Assembly: GCA_964619955.1 (NCBI GenBank) | Contig: CAZUJF010000002.1 | Coordinates: 8,155 to 72,154, forward strand | Reading direction: 5' to 3' | Origin: an uncultured Planctomycetales bacterium | GTDB lineage: Bacteria > Planctomycetota > MHYJ01 > JACPRB01 | Length of the DNA: 64,000 nucleotides | Part shown: positions 9,075-18,914 of the stretch, piece after piece | Position numbering within the stretch: the first letter of the stretch is position 1 | Layout: every line of letters starts with the position of its first letter | Notes under the pieces: generated by a model | What the model was told of the DNA's origin: nothing | Seen by the model: only the letters and a program-made list of their open reading frames with translations | Database searches by the model: none | Made by a program: the position numbers and the translations under genes

Positions 9075-10265
9075 GTGATCCGCATGGGCATCCGCTGGCG
9101 GACGCTGCTCGCCTTCCTCGCCCTCTTCACGGCGGTGTTTCTCGCCGCGGCGGCCGTCTCGACGTTCCTGGTCCAGAACGCCGTGGAGCGCCGCCTGCAG
9201 GCGCAGGTGGACCAGCTGGCCCGCCTGGTCGACGGCATGCCGCCCGCCTCCCTCGAGAACAACCTCGACTACCTTCGACGCCTGGTGGGTGCGGAGTCGC
9301 TGCGCGTGAAGCCGGTCTCGCCGCCCGCCGCCGGCTCCTACCGGGCGCCCACGCAGTACGGCGACCTGCACGTCGTGTATGCCGCCGAGGTGGTCTCGCG
9401 CGAAAAAGAGGAGGTCGTGCGGCCGCTGCTCCTGCTCGCCGTGGCGGGGCTGGGCCTCGTGGCCGGCCTCGGCTACCTCACCGCGCAGGCGGTGGCCCGC
9501 CCCCTCGAACGCCTGGCGGCCCAGGCGCGCTCCCTCCCCGCCGGCGAGGTGAAGGCGGTCGGCGGCGGCGCCGAACTGGACCACCTCGTCGAGGCGCTCA
9601 ACCGCATGCTGCAGGAGGTGCGTCGCGGCGAACGCCTGGCCGTCATGGGCCAGATGGCCGCCGGCGTGGCCCACGAACTCCGCAACCCCCTGTCCTCGAT
9701 CAAGATGACCGTCCAGCTGCTGCGCGAGTCGGCGTCCGATCGCGAACCCTACGACCGGGTCCTGGGGGAGATCGAACGCCTGGACCTGATCACCGCGGAG
9801 CTGACGGGGGCCTCGCAGCCGCTGCGCCTCGAGCAGGCGGATTTGCGGCTCGTGGTCCACGAGGTGCTGGAGCTCATGAATCCCCGGCTGCAGCATCTGG
9901 GGGTGACGCTGTCCCGCCGGGAGGAGCCGGTGCCCGCGGTGAAGCTGGACGTGGCCCGCTTCAAGCGCTGCGTGATGAACCTCGTCCTCAACGGGGCCCA
10001 GGCGATGCCCCAGGGCGGGCCGCTCGAGATCTCCGTGCTTCCGCGCCCCGGAGGGGTCCGGCTCTCCGTGGCGGATGCGGGCTCGGGGGTGCCGGAGGGC
10101 GTGAAGGACCGCGTCTTCGACCCCTTCGTGACGACGAAGCAGGACGGGGTGGGTCTCGGTCTCGCGCTCACGAAACGCATCGTGGAGGACCACGGCGGCC
10201 GGATCGGGTTCGAGAGCCTGCCCCGCGGCACCGTCTTCTGGATAGAATTGCCCGTGCATGGCTAA
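9075..10265 (+). CDS. sensor histidine kinase (HisKA + HATPase_c)
   Basis: N-terminal TM, H-box VAHELRNPLSSIK, and C-terminal ATPase motifs (NLVLNGAQAM, GVGLGL). Confidence 0.85.
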   Translation: MIRMGIRWRTLLAFLALFTAVFLAAAAVSTFLVQNAVERRLQAQVDQLARLVDGMPPASLENNLDYLRRLVGAESLRVKPVSPPAAGSYRAPTQYGDLHVVYAAEVVSREKEEVVRPLLLLAVAGLGLVAGLGYLTAQAVARPLERLAAQARSLPAGEVKAVGGGAELDHLVEALNRMLQEVRRGERLAVMGQMAAGVAHELRNPLSSIKMTVQLLRESASDREPYDRVLGEIERLDLITAELTGASQPLRLEQADLRLVVHEVLELMNPRLQHLGVTLSRREEPVPAVKLDVARFKRCVMNLVLNGAQAMPQGGPLEISVLPRPGGVRLSVADAGSGVPEGVKDRVFDPFVTTKQDGVGLGLALTKRIVEDHGGRIGFESLPRGTVFWIELPVHG

Positions 10266-11625
10266 AGTGCTGGTGGTCGACGACGAGGAATCGATCGTCT
10301 GGATCTTCCGCAAGATGGTGGAGGGTCTGGGCCACGAATGCCTCTCGGCCGCGACGGCGGAGCGCGGGCTGGAGCTCGTGCGGGACGCGCAGCCCGACGT
10401 CGTGTTCCTGGACGTGAAGCTGCCGGGCATGGACGGGCTGACCGCGCTCGAGCAGATGCGCTCGCTCGCGCCGCGCGCGCGCTTCATCGTCATCACCGCG
10501 CACGGGACGCTGGAGACGGCGGTGAAGGCGGTGAAACTCGGGGCGGCCGAATACCTGCCGAAGCCCGTGGACCTCGACCGGGCCCGCACCCTCGTGCAGG
10601 AGGCGCTGCGCGGCGTGGCGGTCAGCCGCGAGGTGCAGGCGCTGCGGACGGGCAAACCCGCGACGGGCATCGTCGGCCGCTCGGCGCCGATGCAGGAGGT
10701 CTTCAAGAAGGTCGCGGCGGTCGCGGCGAGCGACGCCAGCGTCCTGCTGATCGGCGAAAGCGGCACCGGCAAGGAGCTGCTGGCCCGCGCGCTGCACTAC
10801 AACAGCGCCCGCGCGAGCGGCCCCTTCGAGGCGATCAACTGCGCCTCGATCCCGGAGACGCTGCTGGAAAGCGAGCTCTACGGCCACGAGAAGGGCGCGT
10901 TCACCGGCGCGATCCGCCAGAAGCCCGGCAAGTTCGAGGTCGCCTCCGGCGGGACGGTGTTCCTCGACGAGATCGGGGAGATCCCGCTTTCGTCGCAGGT
11001 CAAGCTGCTGCGCTTCCTCGAGGAGCGCCGCTTCGAGCGGGTGGGCGGGACCGAGTCGCACGGCGTGGACGTTCGCATCGTCTCGGCCACCAACGTGAAC
11101 CTCGAGGAGCGGGTGCGCGAGGGGCGCTTCCGGGAGGACCTCTATTTCCGGCTCAACGTGGTGCGGCTCGAGCTGCCCCCGCTGCGGGACCGCCGGGACG
11201 ACCTGCCGCTGCTCGTCGCGCATTTCCTGGATCTCGCGCGCGGCGCGGGGATCACCGAGGAGGCGATGGAGCTGCTGCGGAACTACTCCTGGCCCGGCAA
11301 CGTGCGGGAGCTCCGCAACGCGATCGAGCGCGGCGTCGTGCTGGCGCGGGGCGGGCCGGTGCGCCGGGAGCATCTGCCCGAGTCGATCGTGTCGCCGAGG
11401 CCCGTCGGGGAAAGCGATCTCGAGGCGCGGGTGCGGGAACTGGTCGAGAAACTCGCGGCCCAGGCCCCGCCCGGGGAGCTCTACCCGCAGGTGGAGGCGC
11501 GCTGGGAGAAGGCCGTGCTGCGCCGCGCGCTCGAGCTGACCGGGGGCAACCAGGTGAAGGCGTCCGAGCTCCTGGGCATCAACCGCATGACCCTGCGCAA
11601 GAAGATGGAGCAGTACGGGTTATAG
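10258..11625 (+). CDS. sigma-54-dependent response regulator (NtrC/AtoC family)
   Basis: REC domain (VLVVDDE, D53-like), AAA+ sigma-54 activator motifs GESGTGKE and GAFTGA, and a C-terminal Fis-type HTH. Confidence 0.9.
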   Translation: MAKVLVVDDEESIVWIFRKMVEGLGHECLSAATAERGLELVRDAQPDVVFLDVKLPGMDGLTALEQMRSLAPRARFIVITAHGTLETAVKAVKLGAAEYLPKPVDLDRARTLVQEALRGVAVSREVQALRTGKPATGIVGRSAPMQEVFKKVAAVAASDASVLLIGESGTGKELLARALHYNSARASGPFEAINCASIPETLLESELYGHEKGAFTGAIRQKPGKFEVASGGTVFLDEIGEIPLSSQVKLLRFLEERRFERVGGTESHGVDVRIVSATNVNLEERVREGRFREDLYFRLNVVRLELPPLRDRRDDLPLLVAHFLDLARGAGITEEAMELLRNYSWPGNVRELRNAIERGVVLARGGPVRREHLPESIVSPRPVGESDLEARVRELVEKLAAQAPPGELYPQVEARWEKAVLRRALELTGGNQVKASELLGINRMTLRKKMEQYGL

Positions 11626-12552
11626 GGCCGGCGGCGCGATGACGCGGACCCCTCCCGGGACGAGTTCGAAATCCGCCGGCAGGAACCCCGCGGGGTCGCC
11701 GTCGATCTGCAGCGGCGCCTCCCGCCCGTCCGCCGATTCGAGGCGCACCCGCTTCGCCCGGACGAAGCGCACGTCCGGCATCGCGTAGTGCCGGCCGGCC
11801 GCGTAGTTGACGAGCCCCGCCCAGAGCATGCGGAGCACGTCCCGCCGTTCGTGCGCCTCCTGGATCATGACTTCGAACATCGCATCGTCCGGCCGGGCGC
11901 CGGGCGTGAAGACCAGCGGCCCGCCGTACTGGGAGATGTTCGAGACCTGCACCCAGCTGGCGTTGTCCGTCACGCGGCGGCCGTCGATCTCCACGATCAT
12001 CCGCGGGGGGCGGTATTCCAGGATGCTCTTGGCGCCCCAGAGGGCGTAGAGGCCCATGTTGTAGAGCGAGGGGATCACGAAGGGCGGGGGCCCCTTGCGG
12101 GAGACGTGGAAGAGGTGCACGACGTGCGCGTCGTAGCCGGCGCTCGCGAAGAGCAGGAAGCGGCGTTGCCGGGTCTGCTCGACGGCGAGGTCCCAGAGGA
12201 TCTCCGTCCCGTCGGCGAGCACGCGGGTGAGGCCGCGGGCATCCCGCGGCAGGCGGAGCTCCTTCGCGAGCACGTTGGCGGTGCCGCTGGGAAGCGTGCC
12301 CAGCACGGGTCCCCCGGGAATCGGGAGGCCGTTGACGATCTCGTTGACGGTGCCGTCCCCCCCGACCGCGACCACGACCTGGTATCCGGCGCAGTCGGCG
12401 GCGGCCCGGCGGGCGTCCCCCGCCTTCTCGGTCCGGAAGAGGTCGACGCTGCGTCCGCGGTCGCGCAGGAGGGTCGCGGTCTGCTGGGCGAGCCGCCACG
12501 CGCGTCCCCCGCCGGAAAACGGGTTGGCGATGATCTTGAAATGGTCGCGCAC
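11620..12552 (-). CDS. diacylglycerol/lipid kinase catalytic-domain protein (YegS/DagK family)
   Basis: IIANPFSGGG and VAVGGDGTVNEIVNG motifs. Confidence 0.8.
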   Translation of the reverse strand: MRDHFKIIANPFSGGGRAWRLAQQTATLLRDRGRSVDLFRTEKAGDARRAAADCAGYQVVVAVGGDGTVNEIVNGLPIPGGPVLGTLPSGTANVLAKELRLPRDARGLTRVLADGTEILWDLAVEQTRQRRFLLFASAGYDAHVVHLFHVSRKGPPPFVIPSLYNMGLYALWGAKSILEYRPPRMIVEIDGRRVTDNASWVQVSNISQYGGPLVFTPGARPDDAMFEVMIQEAHERRDVLRMLWAGLVNYAAGRHYAMPDVRFVRAKRVRLESADGREAPLQIDGDPAGFLPADFELVPGGVRVIAPPAL

Positions 12553-12613
12553 CGTCCCAGTCTATCCGAGAAGTGCCTCCGATGGCGGCATCCGCTATAC
12601 TGGCCGCGATCAG

Positions 12614-13237
12614 ATGATGGCCTGCCCCAAATGCACTGCCGGGCTCCCCGACGGGAGCGTCTTCTGCAACAAGTGCGGCGCCGCGCTGGCGGCCGCGCCG
12701 GAATCGCCGCTGAGCGCGGCTCCGGCCGCCAACCACGAGCCGGAGCAGGATCTCTGGAAGGGGCGCACCTCCGGGAAGGCGGACGCGCACCTCTGGATCC
12801 TCTGGTTCGTGTGGGTGGCGGGGCTCGTCTACCTCTGGTTCGGCGTGCTGCCGGCCGAGGCCCGCCGGAGGCTCTTCGCGCCCTGGATCTTCGCCGCGGC
12901 CTCGGCGCTGCCCGTGCTCGCGCTCTCCTGGCGCCTGCTCATGAGCAAGCTCTCGGTGCGCTACCGCCTCACGACGCACCGCCTCTTCCGCGAGACGGGC
13001 ATCCTGCTGCGGAAGTACAACGAGCTCGAGCTCGTCCGGGTGGACGACGTGGCCGTCCGCCAGAACCTGATCCAGCGCATCTTCAACATCGGCACCATCA
13101 CGGTGATCTCCCCGAGCGATTCGACGGACCCGCGGCTGGAGATGGAGGGCATCGAGAACCCCATCGAGGTGAAGGAGCAGATCCGCACGCAGGTGCGCAA
13201 GCGCCGCCAGCGCTCCGTCACGATGGAATCCGTGTAG
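12614..13237 (+). CDS. membrane protein with N-terminal zinc-ribbon and bacterial PH (bPH_2/YdbT-like) domain
   Basis: CPKC...CNKCG ribbon, two TM helices, then RYRLTTHRL...LELVRVDDV typical of bPH_2. The start was set at the first in-frame Met of the longer track ORF. Confidence 0.6.
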   Translation: MMACPKCTAGLPDGSVFCNKCGAALAAAPESPLSAAPAANHEPEQDLWKGRTSGKADAHLWILWFVWVAGLVYLWFGVLPAEARRRLFAPWIFAAASALPVLALSWRLLMSKLSVRYRLTTHRLFRETGILLRKYNELELVRVDDVAVRQNLIQRIFNIGTITVISPSDSTDPRLEMEGIENPIEVKEQIRTQVRKRRQRSVTMESV

Positions 13238-13241
13238 CCCC

Positions 13242-14018
13242 ATGCCGGCGCCGCGAAACCGGACCCTGACGCTCACGGACGCGGAGCGCCGGAGCGAGGT
13301 CCCCCGGCTGGAGGCGCGCGCCGAACCCGGCCGGATCTACTGCGCCGACGCGCTGGAAGGATTGTCGCGCTCCCCCGCCGCGGACCTGGTCTTCGCCGAC
13401 CCTCCCTACGACGCGGCGCCGGACTTCCACGAGGCCTGGATCGCCGCGGCCGCGAAGGCCGTCCGTCCCGGGGGCTCGATCTACGTCTGCTGCGACTGGC
13501 GCTTCTCCGGCTGGATCCAGCAGGTGCTGGGCCGTCACTTCACGGTGCAGAACCGCATCACCTGGCGCCGGGAAAAGGGCCGCGGCGCCGCGCGGAACTG
13601 GAAGCAGAACATGGAGGACGTCTGGTTCGCCACGAAGGGGAAGGACTACACGTTCAACGTGGTGAAATGGAGGAAGCCGGTGATCGCGCCCTATCGCGTC
13701 GCCGGAAAACCGAAGGACTGGGTGGAGGCGGACGGCGAACGCTACCGCATGACCAGCCCCTCCAACATCTGGACGGACCTCTGCGTGCCGTTCTGGTCCA
13801 TGCCGGAGAACACGCCGCACCCGTATCAGAAGCCGGAGAAGCTGCTGCAGCGGGTGATCGAGGCCTCGAGCCGGCCGGGCGATCTGGTGATCGACCCGTT
13901 CCTGGGGTCCGGCACCACCGCGGTCGTGGCGGCGAGGCTCGGCCGCCGCTACATCGGCTTCGAGCGGGAGGCCGACTGGGTGCGGATCGCCCTCAAGCGT
14001 CTGCGGGAACGCGCCTGA
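13242..14018 (+). CDS. DNA methyltransferase (N6-adenine/N4-cytosine, beta-class, DPPY motif)
   Basis: FADPPYD catalytic motif followed by the C-terminal AdoMet motif DPFLGSGTT. No adjacent restriction endonuclease. Confidence 0.8.
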   Translation: MPAPRNRTLTLTDAERRSEVPRLEARAEPGRIYCADALEGLSRSPAADLVFADPPYDAAPDFHEAWIAAAAKAVRPGGSIYVCCDWRFSGWIQQVLGRHFTVQNRITWRREKGRGAARNWKQNMEDVWFATKGKDYTFNVVKWRKPVIAPYRVAGKPKDWVEADGERYRMTSPSNIWTDLCVPFWSMPENTPHPYQKPEKLLQRVIEASSRPGDLVIDPFLGSGTTAVVAARLGRRYIGFEREADWVRIALKRLRERA

Positions 14019-14640
14019 GGCCGCGCCGGGCGCAGCCTCGCCGGACGGGACAGTCCCCGCAGCGGGGCCCGATGGGCCGGCAGACCGCCTTCCCGTGCGC
14101 GACGAGCGCCTCGTTGATCGCGGGCCAGTAGCGCTTCGGGATCAGGCGGGTGAGTCGAACCTCGGTCTCCTCCGGGGTCTTCGTCCGCACCCAGCCCATC
14201 CGGTTCGAGACGCGATGGACGTGGGTGTCCACGGGGATCGCGTCCTGCCCGAAGGCGTAGACGAGGACGCAGTTGGCGACCTTGCGGCCCACCCCCGGAT
14301 ATTCCATGAGGCCCTCGATCGTGCGGGGCAGCCGGCCCCCCTGCTCCACGATGCGCGCCGCGGTCTGCGTGACGTAGCGCGCCTTCGTCCGGTAGAAGCC
14401 GATGGGCTGCAGGATGCGTTCGACCTCGCGGAGCGGGGCCCGGGCGAGCGCCTTGGGCGTCGGGAAGCGCCGGAAGAGCGCGGCGGCGATGACGTCGGTC
14501 ATCTCGTCCCGGGCGCGGGCGGAGAGGATGGTGCCGATCAGCGTGCGGAAGGGGGACACGCGCCGCGCCTGCCAGCCGCCGAGCATGGTGAGCGGATAAC
14601 GCCCCGCGAGGGCGCGGAGGACGGCGGCGATGCGGTTCAT
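13993..14640 (-). CDS. nth: endonuclease III (DNA-(apurinic or apyrimidinic site) lyase)
   Basis: HhH-GPD motifs LMEYPGVGRKVANCV, catalytic D in VDTHVHRV, and a C-terminal CxxxxxxCxxCxxxxxC 4Fe-4S cluster. Confidence 0.85.
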   Translation of the reverse strand: MNRIAAVLRALAGRYPLTMLGGWQARRVSPFRTLIGTILSARARDEMTDVIAAALFRRFPTPKALARAPLREVERILQPIGFYRTKARYVTQTAARIVEQGGRLPRTIEGLMEYPGVGRKVANCVLVYAFGQDAIPVDTHVHRVSNRMGWVRTKTPEETEVRLTRLIPKRYWPAINEALVAHGKAVCRPIGPRCGDCPVRRGCARRGLRRVPADA

Positions 14641-15533
14641 CCCTGGAGCGAGCGGCCCGTCAGGATGCGGAACGCCTCGAGGTATTTCTCGCTGGTCTTG
14701 CGGACGATCTCCTCGGGAAGCACGGGGCCGGGCGGCTTCTTGTCGAAGCGGATCGACTCGAGATAATCCCGAACGAACTGCTTGTCGAAGGAGGGCGGCG
14801 AGGTCCCCTCCCGGTAGCCGTCCTTCGGCCAGTAGCGCGAGGAGTCGGGCGTGAGGACCTCGTCGATGAGCGTGATCTCGCCGTCCACGAGCCCGAACTC
14901 GAACTTCGTGTCCGCGAGGATCACGCCGCGGGATTCCGCGTGCGCGCAGGCCTTGGCGTAGAGGGACAGCGTGAGCTCGCGCAGCTTCGCGGCGTGCTCC
15001 GCGCCGACGGCCTTGACGACGGCGTCGAAGCCGATGTTCTCGTCGTGCCCCGTCTGGGCCTTGCTCGCGGGCGTGAAGATCGGGCGTTCGAGCCGCGAGG
15101 CCTGTTTGAGCCCCTTGGGGAGCGGGATGCCGCAGACGGCGCCCGTCTCCTGGTAGTCCTTCCAGCCGGAGCCGATCAGATACCCGCGCGCGACGCATTC
15201 CACGGGAAAGGGCTTCGCCTTCTTCACGAGCATGGCCCGGTCGCGGAGCACGTCCTTGTGCCTCCTCACCTCCGCGGGCATCGCGTCGACGTCGCAGGTG
15301 ATGAGGTGGTGTTTCACGCCGAGCCGCCCGAACCAGAACTCGGAGATGCGGTTGAGCACCTTGCCCTTCCAGGGGATGCCGTTGCCCATGATGACGTCGA
15401 AGGCGCTCAGGCGGTCGGTGGTGACGATGAGCAGGGAGTCGCCGAGGTCGAACATGTCGCGGACCTTGCCGCTGCAGAGGAAGCGGAGGCCCGGGAGCTC
15501 GGTCTTCAGCAGGACGCTTTCGGCGGCGGCCAT
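14637..15533 (-). CDS. purC: phosphoribosylaminoimidazole-succinocarboxamide synthase
   Basis: SAICAR synthetase motifs CSGKVRDMF, ADTKFEFG and RYWPKDGY. 298 aa. Confidence 0.9.
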   Translation of the reverse strand: MAAAESVLLKTELPGLRFLCSGKVRDMFDLGDSLLIVTTDRLSAFDVIMGNGIPWKGKVLNRISEFWFGRLGVKHHLITCDVDAMPAEVRRHKDVLRDRAMLVKKAKPFPVECVARGYLIGSGWKDYQETGAVCGIPLPKGLKQASRLERPIFTPASKAQTGHDENIGFDAVVKAVGAEHAAKLRELTLSLYAKACAHAESRGVILADTKFEFGLVDGEITLIDEVLTPDSSRYWPKDGYREGTSPPSFDKQFVRDYLESIRFDKKPPGPVLPEEIVRKTSEKYLEAFRILTGRSLQG

Positions 15534-15547
15534 GGCGGATCTCCGGA

Positions 15548-16627
15548 TCAGGTGCGGGCGATCAGACGGGAGACGTCCCGGGGGTGCCCCGTGACGACCG
15601 CGGGGCGGACCTCGTAGCCGGGGCACGGGAAATGATCGATCGGCGAGGGGACGGCGACGGGGCCGTCCTTGTCGGCCCGGAGCGCGAACACGGCGTCCAC
15701 CGGGGCCGAGGCGAGGAGGCGGCCGGCGCCGAAGAGCGTCGCGGCGGGGGCCAGACAGCGCCCGTCGCTGCCGGACGTCCAGCGCAGGATCATCTCGCGG
15801 CCGCGCTCCGAGGGCAGGCTGCGCAGCCGGCCGGACGTGTCCCTCCGGCGGATCTCGTCGAGCACGGTCTGGGCGGCCTCGGCGCGTTGATCCAGGCCCG
15901 CGGCGTCGGGCGGCGGGACGTTCTCGAATTTCGCGCCGAGGATCCTCGGGATGAGATCCGGATAGTGCTCCACCGTGCAGGTGCGGAAATAGACCCCCTT
16001 CTCCAGGGCGTGCATCTGCCCCTTCGCGTCGAGCAGCAGCCAGCCGTCGGCGATGAACTTGGATCCGGCGAGTTCCAGCAGCCCCCAGGAGGGCGTGGGA
16101 ACGATGACCTCCTTCGGGTAGAGGACGGCGAGGCCGCGGCCGGCCACCTGGACGGCGGATCCGTGGAAGAGCCGCCCCTCCGGGGCCAGCACGCGCGCCA
16201 GGGATTCCATCGTGCAGGCGCGCAGATCGCCGTAGTAGGACGTGTTGATCAGGTAGGCCTCGCCCCGGACCGGATCGGCATACGAGGCCTCCGCCTCCTC
16301 CTCCACGCCGATGGCGGCATGGACGCAGACGGAGGGCGTGCGCGACGGGGGCGCGCCGTGCTGCTCGCGCCACTCCTGCTCGGTGTGGAAGTTGTCCTTC
16401 CAGAAGTCGGCGAGATGGTGCGAGTTCGTGAAGAGGCGCACGCGGCGGCCGAAGATGAGGGCGTCCTGGATGTAGGCCTCCCTTCCCTCCAGGGCGCGGA
16501 GCGCGCGGCTGCGCACGCGTTCGCGGAGCGCGGCCTCGCCGTCGAGGGAGGGTCCGGGCTTCACCCGCGTGCGGGTGCGCGTCAGGACGTTGGAGAGGCC
16601 GATGAGGGCGCCGATCGATTCGCTCAT
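15548..16627 (-). CDS. hypothetical protein
   Basis: 359-aa ORF co-directional with purC and ruvC, with 4-nt overlaps. No family motif recognised with confidence. Confidence 0.5.
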   Translation of the reverse strand: MSESIGALIGLSNVLTRTRTRVKPGPSLDGEAALRERVRSRALRALEGREAYIQDALIFGRRVRLFTNSHHLADFWKDNFHTEQEWREQHGAPPSRTPSVCVHAAIGVEEEAEASYADPVRGEAYLINTSYYGDLRACTMESLARVLAPEGRLFHGSAVQVAGRGLAVLYPKEVIVPTPSWGLLELAGSKFIADGWLLLDAKGQMHALEKGVYFRTCTVEHYPDLIPRILGAKFENVPPPDAAGLDQRAEAAQTVLDEIRRRDTSGRLRSLPSERGREMILRWTSGSDGRCLAPAATLFGAGRLLASAPVDAVFALRADKDGPVAVPSPIDHFPCPGYEVRPAVVTGHPRDVSRLIART

Positions 16628-17085
16628 AGTCTGTTCAGATGGCAGATTCCCAGCGCGATGGCGTCCGCCGCGTCGGGCGGCGGCGTCTCGCGCAGGGCGA
16701 GGATGGCCTGGACCATGCGCTGGACGGTTTCCTTGGTGGCCTGGCCGTTCCCGCTGACGGCCTTCTTCACCTGCGCGGGGGCGTAGTCGTGGACCTTGGC
16801 GCCCGAGAGGGCCGCGGCGAGCAGGCAGACGGCCCGGCCCGCGCTCAGCGTGATCGCGTCCGGGGCGCTCTTGCCCACGAAGGGCTTCTCGACCGCGGCG
16901 TGTTCGGGTTTGTGGCGGGTGAAGAGCGCCTCGAGATCCCGGTGCAGCTTGAGCAGCCGCGCCGCGAGATCGGCGCCCTTGATGACGAAGACGCCGTGGT
17001 CGATCAGGACGCGCGAGCGTCCGGTCTCGGCGAGCACGGCATAGCCGGTCAGGCGGGTGCCGGGGTCGAGCGCGATGACCTTCAT
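16624..17085 (-). CDS. ruvC: crossover junction endodeoxyribonuclease RuvC
   Basis: MKVIALDPGTRLTGYAVL...KPEHAAVEKPFVGK...DAADAIALGICH. 153 aa from the internal Met of the track ORF. Confidence 0.85.
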   Translation of the reverse strand: MKVIALDPGTRLTGYAVLAETGRSRVLIDHGVFVIKGADLAARLLKLHRDLEALFTRHKPEHAAVEKPFVGKSAPDAITLSAGRAVCLLAAALSGAKVHDYAPAQVKKAVSGNGQATKETVQRMVQAILALRETPPPDAADAIALGICHLNRL

Positions 17086-18857
17086 GCGGGGGCGGCCTCC
17101 GCGCGGAGCCGGTGCTCCAGGCGCTCGTGTTCGTCCAGGAGCGCGTGCGGGATCCGCGCGCCGAATTTTCCGAAGAAGCTTTTCATCTCCGCGGCCTCGG
17201 CGATCCACGCGTCGCGGTCCACGGAGAAGAGCCGCTGCGCGGCCGCCTCGGAAAGGGTCAGGCCGGAGAGATCGAGGGAGCCGGGCGCCGGGAGCAGGCC
17301 GATCGCGCTGCGGACGGCGGCGGCCTCTCCGCGGACGCGGCCGAGGATCCAGCGCAGGACGCGGAGGTTCTCGCCGAAGCCCGGCCAGAGGAAGCGGCCG
17401 TCGGGACCGGTCTGGAACCAGTTCACGTGAAAGATGCCCGGGGCTTCGTCGCTCTTCATACCCATCCGCAGCCAGTGCGCGAAGTAATCGGCCATGTTAT
17501 ACCCGCAGAACGGCAGCATCGCCATCGGATCACGCCGGACGATGCCGACCTGGCCCGTGGCGGCGGCGGTGGTCTCGGACCCCATGGCGGCGCCGAGGAA
17601 GACCCCGTGGCGCCAGTCGAAGGCCTCGAATACGAGCGGCGCGACGCGGGCGCGCCGGCCTCCGAAGAGGAGGGCGGAGATGGGGACGCCCTGCGGATCG
17701 TCGAAGCGCGGGGAGAGGCCCGGACACTGCCGTGCGGGCGCGGTGAGCCGCGAGTTCGGATGGGCGGCGGGGCTTCCCTGCCCCGGCGTCCAGGGGTTCC
17801 CCCGCCAGTCGAGCAGCCCTTCGGGCGGCGGATCGTCGTGTCCCTCCCACCAGGGCCGGCGGCCGGGTCCGAGGGCGACGTTCGTGTAGATCGTGTTCCG
17901 TCCGACCGTGTCCATCATGTTCGGGTTGGTCTTGCGGCTGGTGCCCGGGGCGACGGCGAAGAAGCCCGCCTCGGGATTGACGGCGTAGAGGCGGCCGTCC
18001 TTCCCGAAGTGCATCCAGGCGATGTCGTCGCCGACGGTCCAGACCTTCCAGCCCTTCTGGGAGGCGGGGGGCACGAGCATGGCGAGATTCGTTTTCCCGC
18101 AGGCGCTGGGAAAGGCGGCGGCCATGTACGTGACGCGGCCTTCGGGGTCCTCGAGGCCGAGGATGAGCATGTGTTCGGCGAGCCAGCCCTCGTCCCGGGC
18201 GATCGTGCTGGCGATGCGGAGGGCGAAGCATTTTTTCGGGAGCAGCGCGTTGCCGCCGTACCCCGAGCCGATGCTCCAGATGAGCCGGCGTTCCGGGAAA
18301 TGGCAGACGAAACGCCGGGCCGGGTCGAGGTCGCCGAGCGAGTGCAGGCCGCGGACGAAGTCGGCCGAGCCGCCGAGCGCGTCGAGGGCGACGCGGCCCA
18401 TGCGGGTCATGAGGCGCAGGCTGGCGGCGACGTAGGCGCTGTCCGTGAGTTCCACCCCCAGGCGCGCGTACGGCGAGCCCGCGGGGCCCATCAGATAGGG
18501 CACCACGTACATCGTGCGGCCCTTCATCGCGCCGGCGTAGAGCGGCGTGAGGCGGGCGACGGCGTCGTCGGGGGACATCCAGTTGTTGGTGGGTCCGGCG
18601 TCGTCCTTCCGTTCGCTGCAGATGAACGTGAGGTTTTCGGAGCGGGCCACGTCGCTGGGATGGCTGCGGTGCAGGTAGCAGCCGGGATGCGTGACGGGGT
18701 CGAGCTCAAGGAGGGTGCCGTCCTTCAGCATGAGCCGGATCAGGGCCTGGTATTCCTCCTCCGAGCCGTCGCACCAGTGGATGCGGTCGGGCTGCGCGAG
18801 CTTGGCGCAGTCCTCCACCCAGGCGGACAGCGCGGCGTTGGGGAGGGGCGGGGTCAC
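17082..18857 (-). CDS. pckG: phosphoenolpyruvate carboxykinase (GTP)
   Basis: GTP-PEPCK motifs FPSACGKTN, WKVWTVGDDIAW and PNSRLTAPA. 591 aa. Confidence 0.9.
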   Translation of the reverse strand: MTPPLPNAALSAWVEDCAKLAQPDRIHWCDGSEEEYQALIRLMLKDGTLLELDPVTHPGCYLHRSHPSDVARSENLTFICSERKDDAGPTNNWMSPDDAVARLTPLYAGAMKGRTMYVVPYLMGPAGSPYARLGVELTDSAYVAASLRLMTRMGRVALDALGGSADFVRGLHSLGDLDPARRFVCHFPERRLIWSIGSGYGGNALLPKKCFALRIASTIARDEGWLAEHMLILGLEDPEGRVTYMAAAFPSACGKTNLAMLVPPASQKGWKVWTVGDDIAWMHFGKDGRLYAVNPEAGFFAVAPGTSRKTNPNMMDTVGRNTIYTNVALGPGRRPWWEGHDDPPPEGLLDWRGNPWTPGQGSPAAHPNSRLTAPARQCPGLSPRFDDPQGVPISALLFGGRRARVAPLVFEAFDWRHGVFLGAAMGSETTAAATGQVGIVRRDPMAMLPFCGYNMADYFAHWLRMGMKSDEAPGIFHVNWFQTGPDGRFLWPGFGENLRVLRWILGRVRGEAAAVRSAIGLLPAPGSLDLSGLTLSEAAAQRLFSVDRDAWIAEAAEMKSFFGKFGARIPHALLDEHERLEHRLRAEAAPA

Positions 18858-18914
18858 GATTTGGTTATAGCAGGCAGGGCCGCGGCGGAGGGCATATAAA
18901 CCGGTGGAGCGGCG

